DNA of 64,000 bases, taken from contig NC_089432.1 of NCBI RefSeq assembly GCF_026210795.1, forward strand, positions 3,906,001 to 3,970,000, given 5' to 3'. Made by a program: the position numbers and the translations under genes. The notes under the pieces were generated by a model. That model was given only the letters and a program-made list of their open reading frames with translations. It made no database searches and was not told the origin of the DNA. Position 1 is the first letter of the stretch. Each line of letters opens with the position of its first letter. The stretch comes from Rhizophagus irregularis (lineage: Eukaryota). Positions 13,301 through 25,000 of this stretch are shown piece by piece.

Positions 13301-16300
13301 ATAATCTATAAATAAAAAGAGATTGAATAAATGAAGAAGAAGAATTAGCCATTAAAAATAAATTAGTAATATGACATTGTCGTTGATGAGCAAACAAATT
13401 AATTAAGCCCAAGGCTTGAGACAAAAATAAAATGGGATTGGGTAAAGAATGAGAAAAATTTGCTTTATGCTTCACGACAGATCGTATACTTCTCGTTATT
13501 AAGTGGTAGTCAGATTCAGACAAGTGGGTAACTTGCATCCGGTATTCAAGTTTCGGTATAAGAACAGCATTATGTAAATATACAACTTGTTTGGAGGAAA
13601 GCTTTGCGGGTCGAATGATTGTAGCAAAGGAGCAGCATTCGCGTTTGAGTTGTTTTTTGACAAAATCACAGGAGCTTTTAATGTTGAACCAAACACCTAA
13701 AAAACGAAAAGAAGTTGTCATGGAAATTGGGGTAATAGTGATAGAAGGAACACTATTTAAAGAGGATAAATCCAAATTAAAAGTAATAGGGGATAAAGAA
13801 GAATTCGAAGTCAAGGGCAACGAATTTGTAATTAACATATATTTGTTATGATTGGCAGAAGTGTTATTAATTTGATAGAATTCTTCAGTAATAGATAACA
13901 TAAATTCCATGCCAGCTTTTGACGAGGAAATAAGAGTAGAGTCATCCATAAATACTAAATTATTAATCTTCATATCAAGAGAAGAATTTAAAGAACCAAT
14001 TAAAGATGGTATAGAAAGAACATAGGGGTCCATCATTTCATTCTTCAAAACAGTAAGCAAGAGATCAATATAAATAACCCATAAAAGAGGAGAAATAACT
14101 TCGCCTTGGTTAATACCAATGCGAACCCTATAAGCAGGAGTAGATCTATGAGCAGTGAAAATGCGATTAGTGCGCTTCGTGAAAAGTGAAAGGATAAACT
14201 TAACAGCAGAAGCAGGAAGACGTATACGTTCTAGAGCAAAACGTAACATTGTCAGATCGACCGAATCAAAAGCTTTAGAGATATCTTGGGAAAGAATCCA
14301 AAGTGGATTTTTATTGATATCAGCATCATGGATAATAGATTCTAGAGTAATGATAGGGTCGTGGCAAGAACCACCAGGAAGACCAGCGAAGTTACCACCT
14401 TTAAGAACATCATGTGAAGCCATAATAGCAGAAAGGCGATTATAGAAAAGTTTGACAAGAGATTTTCTAATCACTTCAAGTAAAGTAATAGGGCGAGTAT
14501 TTTTTAATTGACACTTCCATTCGTGAGGCTTGGGAATGGGAAAAACCATTGCTTGTCGCCATAAGTCGGGAATATCAGCTTTGGAGAGACAAGCTTGAAT
14601 TAAAATGAGGAGCAAAGCCGAGGTACGAGTTCCAATGTGTTTGAGCATCTCATAGGTGATCATGGAAGGACCAGAGGCTTTCCCATTAGGGGTGGAAGAA
14701 ACGGTGGATAACCATTCATCAAGGGTAGGGGATTCATTAAAGAATCATAGATGGAGGAAGGCACATCATCCGTCCATAGGTCAATAAGCAGAAGACCATC
14801 TATCGGGTAGTGTTTCAATAGACATCGGAGGAGTGGACTTTATAGGAACAAAGTTTTGGAAATGGTTAATAACAGCATCATCTATATTCTTAGGATCAGT
14901 TAACAACTGAGGCTGAGTAGGATGGTCAATAAAGACACGGTCCAAAGTGATACAGCGACGAGTGCGAGAGAGCGCTGAATCAATAAAAGAGGAAAGGTCA
15001 GTCTCGAAATTATTGTTTTTATCGTCTAAGTGAGCACGGATGGAGGAGTCTTGAAATTCTTTTTCTTGTAGTAAATAAAGTTTCCGTAAGGATTTTGAGA
15101 TATTAGATAAAATATCAAGAAGTGACTTGAAATTATCTTGTCGACATGATGAAAGAGAAGAAGGCAAAGTGGGAATAGAAATGAACACTTTCTTATACAA
15201 TTGAAAAATGTTCTGAAGTCTATGCAAATGAATAGACCATTTATAATTGTGAGCAGCAGAATAGGTTGAAGGATATTTGCGCAATATACGTATTGAATGT
15301 ATAAGGCGATTTAGAAACTGATAATGTTGAGTTATAATTTCCAGATCTTTAGGGACCTTAGGAGTATAATTGTTGCCAACGGTAGAAGAGGGTAAAGTAG
15401 CGTTGGCGGCTTTAAGGATTCGTGATTGGAGATATTCGCACATTTGATTGATATGCCAAGAGGAAAAGGTTGAAGGAGAAGCGTCACATAAATTATCAGC
15501 ATAGTCAGTGAATTCCGTCCATTGGGAGTCAGTAACAGAGTCAAATTTGAAGACACGACGGGTTTGGCGCTTAAGTTGTCGAGCGCGAGCCAATTTGGTG
15601 AAGGCAATAAGTAAAGACATATCATAATATGTAATGACAGGGTTATGATCAGAAGTGCAAATGTCTTGAGCATCAAAGATGCAAGCAGTAAGAGCGAATC
15701 CTTTGAGAAGAGGGCAGGACCATACATAATCAACACGAGTAACTAGGTCATTGCGATGAAAGGTACCTAAAGAGTTGGAAAGATTAATAGGAGTACAATC
15801 TTCATATCCATGAGAAAGGAGATGAAAAAATAATCGGTGAATATGTTTTGAGGCAATTTGGGGTTGATTAAAATATATAGGATAATATTTGTCTAAATAC
15901 ATATTAAAATCGCCATAAACAGCATGGTGAAAACCAGATTGTTTGGTGAGGGTAAGTTGTTGAATAAGCAAATCAATAGTGTCAGAGCGCAAAACACTTT
16001 CAGCAGGGGGAGGGATATAAATAACAAATATACATAATTTAACGTTGCCTTTAAAATATAAATCAACAGAAAGCAAACGTGAAGAATGAGATTTAAAATC
16101 TTGAACATGTGAAGCAAGGGAATTTTCTATAAAAAGAGAAACACCACCAGAAGAAAGAATTTGTTTAGAAGTATCCAAATCGGAAGAAAATACAGTATAA
16201 TTAGAAATGCGCTTGGATAAAAACTTCATTTGTTTGGGATGAAGATGAGTATCAACAATACCACTAAAGGAAATATGTTTTAAAGAAAAAAAAGTTGAAA

Positions 16301-16493
16301 TTTCTTCTAATTTAGTTTGGCCATACATTTTAAGGCCATTAACATTAAAAGAAGAAATATTAAATGAGTTGGGGATAAAAGAAGTATTACTAGGAGAAGA
16401 AAATAACGATTCATGTGAAAAAATTTTAGTAGCATCATCAGGGTTGGGAGGGTTTCGTACAAAGGTGTCGTAATTAAAATTATTGTCCGACAT
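10330..16493 (-). pseudogene. LINE ORF2: AP endonuclease, reverse transcriptase, RNase H, C-terminal CCHC finger
   Basis: APE: SFNVNGL, GDFN, RVDYVW, SDHNPV. RT: RPITLLE, DISKAFDSV, QGEVISPLLW, FMDD. RNase H: SSRAEAAAI, YTDSQ, KIKAHSG..ND. Zn finger CRSC..EDLMHLFMC. Split by stops, frameshifts and the 11550 MITE. Confidence 0.93.
11550..12077. mobile_element. hAT-type MITE (528 bp) inserted in the LINE RNase H domain
   Basis: TIRs tagtgctccgcacgagcc / ggctcgtgcggagcttta. TSD aatggctg / aatacctg (6 of 8 match). Removal restores DSQT-AIDGLR. Dense gctcg/cgagc motifs and an internal inverted repeat at 11744-11803 / 11881-11942. Confidence 0.85.
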
Positions 16494-16542
16494 TAAAACA
16501 CAATGATAAAAACAGTCGGGGAGTAAAAATTAAAGAAGAAAA

Positions 16543-16797
16543 TTAATTGGAGGAAGCTGAATCAGCTTGTTCCAGGGAAGCACCACCAATGGAGCTAATA
16601 AATTGTTGGATATGACCGGTCAGTTGGTCCAATTTACTTTCAATAACGACTCTACTATTTTTGAGATCGTTGATTTCTTCTTGTGTAGAGGAGATGGGGG
16701 TAAAGGAAGGAGCATTTGGGGAAAGATGAGAAGAAAGAGGCGACGTGTTGGAAACAATAGTGGTTGGAGGTAGAGGTCGCGTTAAAATACTTTTGGG
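16543..16797 (-). pseudogene. LINE ORF1, C-terminal coiled-coil end (continues from 28746)
   Basis: ...AKASLP|PKSILTRPLPP...QEEINDLKNSR...SSN* reads continuously after removing 16806-28737. Ends 50 bp before the ORF2 ATG. Confidence 0.8.
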
Positions 16798-16849
16798 GGG
16801 GCAAGTAGGGTTGCAGACATTTCTTTTGCCAAGGGTAGTTACCTTACGG

Positions 16850-18070
16850 TGAGATCCCCCAATTCCCCCTGTCATCAATTTACAAGGTTGCCACATCGAA
16901 CGGGCATTCTCATGGTCGAACGAACGAATGAGCGAACAAACAAACGAACGAACGAGCAATCAAACGAACAAACACGTGATCAAAACATAATTAACGAACA
17001 ACAACATCAGCGAACAATATACAACAACATTCTTGGTTCACAAAATAAATAGCGTTAGCAATATAAAGCGTTGAACGGTATAAAATAAAATTAACTTCTC
17101 TGAATTTTCCTCAATTTATATCCACTTTCGATTTCAAACTGCGATAGCTCTCGCTACGAATTATTATCTTCCAAAGGTATATATTTAATTCATCTTAAAT
17201 TTTCATTAATTAAAATTAATTAATCAAACATTAATTAAAGTTTAGGGCGAACCTATTACCTTTAATTAATATTAAACTTCATTAATAATTAAAAAATAAA
17301 ACTTATATTTTATTGAGTTCTGTGGATGCGAACTATGGAATTACTTTGAATTCCGTTCTCTATATATACAATTCTTATGCTATTTTCTATTCTATCTATA
17401 TACTATCTTTTATGTTCTTTACATATTATCTTTGAACTATCTTTCTAATATACTATCTATATTTTAAATACGCTATCTTTTAATATGCTATCTTTTATAT
17501 TATTTTATATGTTATCTTTTCTATTATTCAAATATTACATCGCAAAGAAATAATTTATAACCCATCTTTTATGGCTGTGCTACCTTTTCTTTAAATAATC
17601 TTTCAAATATTATGTCGTAAAGATATAATTCGTCTTTTGTGGCTGTGTTATCTTTATATATGTTATCTTTTATATTCCATCTTTATGCCATCTTTTCATA
17701 TTATCTTCTATATTATTTTGTGTTCTCCAATCTTTCCGACATTATTTTATATATTCTTTTAATCCACTTTATGTGTTTCGCTCATAATCTACCTTTTGTG
17801 GCTTATAATTATTCTTTCTTGTCGTTCTCATTGTTAAAGATCGCTAAGCCGCAAATGATCGACTCTATTTATCCTATTGGTTCTTTGTCAATCATTCAAT
17901 AAATATTACATCATGTAGATCATTACTCTTCTTAAATGTTTATCCTTTTCGGCTAATTATTTATCCATCCACGCCAATCCACGATTAATTCGTTCGTTCT
18001 TAATACTTGATAATTACATTTGGTGGTTGAATTTTATCTTCTTTTCGTACTTGATATTTGGCCGTTTACA
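16850..18070 (-). repeat. 3' LTR of Gypsy element 1 (1221 bp)
   Basis: Direct repeat of 27238-28459; only a 1-nt indel noticed by eye. Confidence 0.95.
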
Positions 18071-18084
18071 TTATCCCCTCTTCG
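18071..18084 (-). promoter_or_regulatory. Polypurine tract, element 1
   Basis: Sense-strand cgaagaggggataa immediately before the 3' LTR. Confidence 0.85.
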
Positions 18085-18145
18085 CTATTTGTGACCTCAC
18101 AAATAACTTTAAAAGAATCAAACTCGGGTCTCGTTCATAATAATT

Positions 18146-19357
18146 CTAATTGAATCGAACTCGGGTCTTATCGAATACCTCTTTTCCTTTGATTACTATT
18201 TTTGGTGTAAATTCCCTTCGATCATAAAATTTCTTTAACCATTCTCCATTTTGTGGTGTTTTCAATATTCTTCCGTCTAATTCTTTGAGTTTATATGCTC
18301 CGTTTCCAAATTCTTCGTGAATTAAATATGGTCCTTTCCATTTGCTCTGTAATTTTCCAGACCATTGTTTCTCTCTCCATGCTTCATATAATAATACTTT
18401 TTCTCCTATTTCAAATTTAGGTTTTCTAATTCCCCTTTTGTCGTGTTGTTATTTTTCTTGAGCTTTTTTCACATTTTCTTTTATTTTTCTTCTTATTACT
18501 GGTAGCTCCTCAATTAGTATTTTTACTCTATTAGCTAACGTTATCTTGTTTTCATCTTTGTCTAATGGTAATTTCGCTCTCCTTCCGTACGTTGCATAAA
18601 AAGGTTTAATTCCTGTTGACGATTGCTTCTTTGTTCTGTATGCAAATAATACATGTTTATCCCAATCTTCTTCTCCTAATTTGGCTAATCCTTCGCATAA
18701 AGTTTTATTGAATCTTTCGACCAAACCATTTGTCTGTGGCCTATATGGTGTACTTAATCTATGATTTATCCCACATCTTTCTACTAATTCCTCCATCATT
18801 TTATTGTTAAAGTGAGTCCCTCTATCGCTAATTATTTTCTTTGGACATCCATGTCTACAAATTATGTCCCTCCAAATAAATTCTACTACCTCTTTTGCTG
18901 TAGCTTCTTTTAGTGGTGCGGCCTCGGGCCATTTTGTAAAATAATCCATTGCTACTACCATGTACTTATTTCCCTTTTCTGTCTCTTTTAACGGTCCAAC
19001 TATATCTATCCCAATCATCTCAAATGGTTCATTTATCTTTATTGGCGTTAATTCGTTCTTTCCTCTTGGTTTTCCTCTCATTTGACAATTCCAACACGTC
19101 CTTACATATTCTTCTACATCTTCTTTCATATTTTTCCACCAATAATTTTCTTTTATTCTATCTAATGTCGCTTCTATCCCAAAATGTCCTGATAATTCAT
19201 TATCATGCATCATGTATATCAATCCCTCGTATTCATAATCCCTGATTACTCTAAATCTGTTTTGTCCTTTTATTCTATATAAAATTCCTTCTTTCAATTC
19301 ATATTTATTCTCTTTTTCGATATTGTCAATTATTCTCTCATAATTATTTTCCTCCAT
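18146..19357 (-). pseudogene. Integrase as a separate ORF (HHCC, DDE, GPY/F), with one premature TAA at 18449-18451
   Basis: H...GHFG..CWNC; GIDIVGP; ISDRGTHF; LVERFN. The frame continues past the stop through KWKGPY to a TAG at 18146. Confidence 0.9.
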
Positions 19358-19416
19358 AATATTTCTTTAATTGATTCTACTTCTGAGTTTGTTATTTTCG
19401 TTATGTGTTCTATATT

Positions 19417-21498
19417 TTAGTTCTGTGCTCTTCTCCATTTTTCCACCTCTTTAAATACTTTTCTCCAACTACTATTGTCATTTTTAACTTTTACTCGACT
19501 GTATCTTTTGGTATCTTTATACACACTTTGATTTTCTTCAAACATTTTAACCATGTCCAAATATTCATCCTTCTTTAATGTTGGATATGATGATTTTTCC
19601 GTTTTCTTTGTTTCTCTTCCAATGTAATTTTCCCAACATACATTGCCATCTTTTTCTAAAAATATCACTATTGATTTATCTATTGTTTCTTTCAGTCTGA
19701 ATATTTCTTTCTCCATCTCATGATTTCCATGTGGAGTAATTAATCCTCTGTCAAAACTTTTCGTCTTTTGGTAATAATATTCACAATATGGTGATTTGTC
19801 CAAAATTATTATATCTGTATCTTCATCGTATTCTACCATTCTTCTATTTATTTGTTCCACTACTTCTTTTCTGAATTTCCATTCTGTATCCATCTTTGAT
19901 TCGTGAAATTCATCTTTATCTTTTCTTCTTCTTTTATAAGTATTGAATCTTACTTTTAATCCTTGTTCTTCCCATTCTTTAATTAAATTTTGTACTATAC
20001 TTGTTTTTCCCAATCCGTCTACTCCATCGATTATTACTATTTCTGGTTGTTCCTCCACTATCTTTAATAATCTACTTAGTGCGTCGGCGTTCGTATTTTC
20101 TTTTCCCGACCTATGTACTACTTCGAAATTATATTGCTGTAATTCCATTACCCATCTTGCTCTTCTTCCTTTCGGTATTTTTGCGTTCATTAATCCTTTT
20201 AATGCACTGTGATCTGTTATTACTTTAAATTTTCTATCGATTAAATACTTATGAAAATGTTGAATTCCCCAAACTATTCCTAAACATTCCAATTCTGTTA
20301 TCGGATAATTTTCTTCTGCTGGTAATAAACTTCTACTTGCATATGCTATTACTACTTCTTTTCCTTTTTCATCTTTTTGGCTTAATACTGCACCTAATCC
20401 TTTTCCTGATGCATCTGTTATTAATAAAAATTCTTTCTTCCAATCTGGATGTCGCAATATTGGATATTGTATTAACTTTTCTTTCAACTTTTCAAACGCT
20501 TCTTGTTGTTCTCTTCCCCAAATAAAAGGTATCCCCTTCTTTCTCAAATCGCTTATTGGTCTTGCTATCTTTGAAAAATTCTTCACAAATTTTCTGTAAT
20601 ATGAACAAAGTCCTAAAAATGATCTTACTTCTTTCACCGTTGTCGGTGCCTTCATTTCTTTTATCTTTTCTATCTTTTTATCGTCCGGCCTCAATCCATC
20701 ATTTCCTACTATATGTCCTAAAAATTCTATATTTCTTTCCAAAAATCTACATTTCTTTAATTTTATTATCAAATTATTCTCCTGTAACTTCTTTAATACT
20801 TTTTCCACATGTTCCATATGGTCTTTCAAATTTCCTGAATATATCATAATATCGTCAATATATACTACCACAAAATCATTTATGTATTCTTCTAATATTT
20901 CATCCATTAATCTTTGAAATGTTGCTGGTGCGTTCGTTAAACCGAATGGCATTACATTATACTCAAATAATCCCTTTGAACATACAAATGCTGTTTTTTC
21001 TTTGTCTTCTTCTTTCATTTCTACTTGATTAAATCCTGCTGCTAAATCTATGCTTGAAAACCATTTTGCTTTTCTATATTTGTCTAACAATTCATCCATT
21101 CTTGGTAAAGGAAAACTATCCATTATAGTTATCTTGTTTAACTTTCTGTAATCAATACAGAATCTATATTTTCCCGTTTTCTTTCCTGCTAATGTAACCG
21201 GTGAACTCCATGGACTTTTTGATTTTCTTATCCTTCCTTGTCTTAATAATTTATCTACTTCTTCGCTTATAAATTTTGCCTTTTCGTCTGTTTCCTTGTA
21301 TCTTCTTTGTTTTATCGGTTCTACTCCATCTTTTATTTTTATCTCATGTTGCGCCGCTTTTGTTCTCCCTTCTATTTCTTTGTCATATTCCAAAATATCT
21401 TGGTATTCTAATAATAATTTTACCATATTTTCCCAAATTGGTTCTTCTACTTTCCCTATACTTAATTTTTGCATAAATTTTTCACTTGGTTCGAGCAT
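19417..21498 (-). CDS. Reverse transcriptase-RNase H fused to a C-terminal thymidylate/deoxynucleoside-kinase-like P-loop domain
   Basis: RT: FCIDYRKLN, MPFGLTNAP, YIDDI. RH: TDASG, ELECLG, TDHSAL, ADALSR. Then ~208 aa with IVIIDGVDGLGKTS and IIILDKSPYCEYYYQ. Confidence 0.9.
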   Translation of the reverse strand: MLEPSEKFMQKLSIGKVEEPIWENMVKLLLEYQDILEYDKEIEGRTKAAQHEIKIKDGVEPIKQRRYKETDEKAKFISEEVDKLLRQGRIRKSKSPWSSPVTLAGKKTGKYRFCIDYRKLNKITIMDSFPLPRMDELLDKYRKAKWFSSIDLAAGFNQVEMKEEDKEKTAFVCSKGLFEYNVMPFGLTNAPATFQRLMDEILEEYINDFVVVYIDDIMIYSGNLKDHMEHVEKVLKKLQENNLIIKLKKCRFLERNIEFLGHIVGNDGLRPDDKKIEKIKEMKAPTTVKEVRSFLGLCSYYRKFVKNFSKIARPISDLRKKGIPFIWGREQQEAFEKLKEKLIQYPILRHPDWKKEFLLITDASGKGLGAVLSQKDEKGKEVVIAYASRSLLPAEENYPITELECLGIVWGIQHFHKYLIDRKFKVITDHSALKGLMNAKIPKGRRARWVMELQQYNFEVVHRSGKENTNADALSRLLKIVEEQPEIVIIDGVDGLGKTSIVQNLIKEWEEQGLKVRFNTYKRRRKDKDEFHESKMDTEWKFRKEVVEQINRRMVEYDEDTDIIILDKSPYCEYYYQKTKSFDRGLITPHGNHEMEKEIFRLKETIDKSIVIFLEKDGNVCWENYIGRETKKTEKSSYPTLKKDEYLDMVKMFEENQSVYKDTKRYSRVKVKNDNSSWRKVFKEVEKWRRAQN

Positions 21499-21533
21499 CT
21501 TTTCCGTCTCTCTCTCTTCAGAGCCAAGACTCT

Positions 21534-22046
21534 CTATTTAAAATTCTGGTGCATTTTGAATACCTCTCCCTCATCGTTACTTTCATATTTTTCATCGTCC
21601 TCACTCTCTTCGCTTTCATATATTGCTTCTCTTTCATATCCTACTGGGATCGTTATTATTTCTCCCTGTTTTTCTATCCTTAAGGTATGATCTTCGAAAT
21701 TTATTTTTGCATTATACAGCTTCCATATATCATTTCCCAAAATTAGATCCTCTTCTTCTGAATCTATTACTTCAACTTCTTTTAGTATCTCTAATTCATC
21801 TTCGTATCTTAAAGTTATATTTGCTTTTCCTAACGCTGCTATCTTTTGCCCATTTGCTATTGTACATCTAAATTTACTTTTTCCAAATATAGGTATATTC
21901 AATCTTCTTCTTAATTTATCTGTTATCACACTTACTGCTGCTCCGGTATCTATTATTACGCTCACTAATTGATCTTCAACTTCTAATTCTGTTCTCATTG
22001 CTGTAGTTTTCTTCTCTTCATTTTTCATAGTTCCCACCGAGTGTAG
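21534..22046 (-). CDS. Aspartic protease (retropepsin), in frame with gag after its TGA
   Basis: IIDTGAAVSV and LILGND motifs. Confidence 0.9.
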   Translation of the reverse strand, partial: LHSVGTMKNEEKKTTAMRTELEVEDQLVSVIIDTGAAVSVITDKLRRRLNIPIFGKSKFRCTIANGQKIAALGKANITLRYEDELEILKEVEVIDSEEEDLILGNDIWKLYNAKINFEDHTLRIEKQGEIITIPVGYEREAIYESEESEDDEKYESNDEGEVFKMHQNFK

Positions 22047-25000
22047 TCAATTTTTTTCGTTTATACTTCTTGGTCTATATGTTGCTTCTCTCAATTGTTT
22101 ATGATACTTAGGATTCCCATTTATTAATTGTCCATATGTTATATTCGCTCTACAATTTTTCACATCCCCTACAATATCATAAGGTGGTATTCCGTCAGTT
22201 AATCTTGGTCCATACTCCCTGGACTTCATTGGTCCTCCTGCTTCTCTCCATTTTCTTAGTCCTTCTGTTGGGTCATAATAAGCTTGCCTTTTATTACTCC
22301 ATCTCATTCCTTTTGGTCCTATTGGTCTATCCCCATTTTGTTCAGTTCGTTCAGGTATATAATTTGGTGCTGTCATACCAGTTGGTATTTCTCTATCATC
22401 CATTCTATTTCCTGCTTCTCTTAATTCTTCCTGTAAATTTCCCTCTTCATTATTATTTTTATATCCCACTATTGGACTCGTCCTTCTTGATTGTCTTCTT
22501 CCTTTTACTGCGTCATCCTTTGCGTATAACTCATTATGATAATTTAATTCTCTATCTTCATAATCATCGTAATAGCCTTGTGCATAATATACTTCGTTAT
22601 ATTGTGGATCCTCGTATCCATATTCATCATAATAATATTCTTCTTGATCATCATATTCGTCCATCATATTTACTCTCGCATTCCTTCCTTCGGGACAATT
22701 ATTCTTGTAATGCCCCATTCTATTACATCCGAAATACGTTGGTACCCTATTCTGGTTTGATTGATAACTATTCCTATTACCATTATTTAATCTCCTTCCC
22801 ATATTTGGTTGATACCTATCCCTATTATCGTTGTTTAATCTTCTCTCCATATTTGCTACCATTCTTTCTAATTTACTAATTTTCGCCTTCTCTTTAAACA
22901 TTTCAGCTAATTCGTCCTCATAATTTTCGTTCAATGGTTTTGCGAACATATTTTGTCTATTGTCATCTTTTCCGATATCTATTTTCGTACTAATTGGTGT
23001 TCCTATTGCTTTTCTTAAAAATTCGTCTTTTGCACCTTCTTCTCTTACTGCTATTTCTATCGCCCCATTTAAGTTCGCTGGATTCTGTCTTCTAACTTGA
23101 TATCCTATTGTTGGTTCTAATCCTTCGATGTAAAAATCTACTTGATATTCATCTGCTAATGCATGTCCTCTAGTTGCTATTCTTAATATTTGTCTAAATC
23201 TTCTTGTATATTCTTCAACACTTTCATTTGTTCCTTGTCGAGTTTTTCTTAATTCTAGCATTTTCTTTCTTCTAACATCCTCTCTGGTAAATCTTCTTTT
23301 TATTCTATGCTTTAAATCATTATCATTATCTGCATCTGCCCAATTCACTAAGTGACCTGCATTTACTTCTTTCATTTCATTATACCATTGCGCTGCTGCT
23401 CCTCTTAAATGTGCTGCTGCGTATACCGCTTGTCTTACGCCATTAGCTCCCGCTGCTTTTCCGACTGCTGCAAATGCTACCTCGAATTGTCTAACCCAAT
23501 CAGTAACATCTTCATCTTCTCTTCCATAAAAGAGTGGTATACTAATTGTTCCTCCTGCTTCATTTCCTGCATTTTCGATCCTATCTATCAAACTTCCTCC
23601 TGCTCCTACTGCTGCGTTCAAAGTATTAGCCGGATAGCCTAAAGCGTTCTCTAACACTCTCCTTACTTGGTCCTCAGTTGCCATATTCAATATATTCTCT
23701 TGAAATAAATCTTGTAAATTGTAATCAGATAATTCACTTTCGTTGTCAGAATTTTTAATATTTAATGAACTATTCGTATCTGAATTTTGACTTAAGTCGC
23801 TATCCCCTCTATTTATAACATTTTCAACTTCATCTTCAAACTCTTCTTCGTTAAAATTTTCAATATCTTCATCCCATCTTTCATCCGGACTTAGTATTTC
23901 TCCAATCTTTTCTGAATCATCTGTATTATCTTCTTCTGATTCTTCATTATCGCTTCTTTCACCACTTTCTTCACTATCTATTATTCCCGCTTGTTCTTTC
24001 AACAACTTATCTAATTTTTTCTTCAATTCTTTTTCCGACTCATCTTTATTTTCTTGAAAGATTTCAATGAATTCTTTATCTAAAATTTCTCCATCTGTAT
24101 ATCCCATACTAGTTAATCTCAACAATTCTTCTTCAGTTATTATTGTTCCAATATCTTCAAAAATCTTCTGTAATCTTTTTACCCGATCATCAATTTCATC
24201 GATATTTTCTTCTTCACAATCTTTGCATACCATTCCTCTTACTCTAGACATATCATCCATCCATCCTAATCTAAACATATCATTCATCCATCTTATTTCG
24301 CATCTTTCGCACCAAGTTGTATTCTGGTTTAACCACTTATGAATTTCTTTTCTTAATTCTTTATCTTCCAAATCTATCATTTCCATATATTCTTCCACAA
24401 ATTCTTTAGTTACTATTATTCGATTATTTACCCCAAAACTCTTCATTCTTTGAATTTCTGACACATCTATTTCATATCCCAATTTTTCTAAGTTGTTTCT
24501 TAATTCTATTAGCTCATCTTGTTCATTCTTCTGCGCTTCTTTAACACATTCCCCGCATTCGCTATCCGCTTCGTCCATTTCGAACCTTCTATTACCACAT
24601 TTTTCACATCTTATTGTTTCTTTTTCTAACCATTCTTTTATCCTCAATTCTTTTTCCCTTTCATCCAATTCCTCTATCTCTTGAATTTTATCCATAAATA
24701 TTCTCGTTACCAATATATCCATTTCTATCATCAACTTTATTCCTATCTTCCAAATGTACCTCAGTTGATCTTCATCCATAACATTTGACCTTCTTCTTAA
24801 TTCACTAAATTTCCATGATTTATCTCCTATTATTATCTCTAATTCTTCCTTGGAATCATTTTCCAATTCGTAACTTGCTGGACTATCTTCACTTTCTGAA
24901 TCTTCTGGTTCTTTTGTAAATCCCCTAGTATCTATAAATATTCTTATTATCTTTTGCATCATATTCTTGTGATATTCGTGAACATTTTCTATATGTATGT

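Noticed and set aside
16849..17902. ORFs in the LTRs (16849, 17639, 27198, 28025) and in the element 2 LTRs (53132, 61855)
   Set aside because: Low-complexity translations of LTR repeats, duplicated only because the LTRs are duplicated.
18114..18168. tRNA gene
   Set aside because: Only a T-arm-like word is present, with no acceptor stem, D-arm or anticodon arm. Reported instead as a cis motif.
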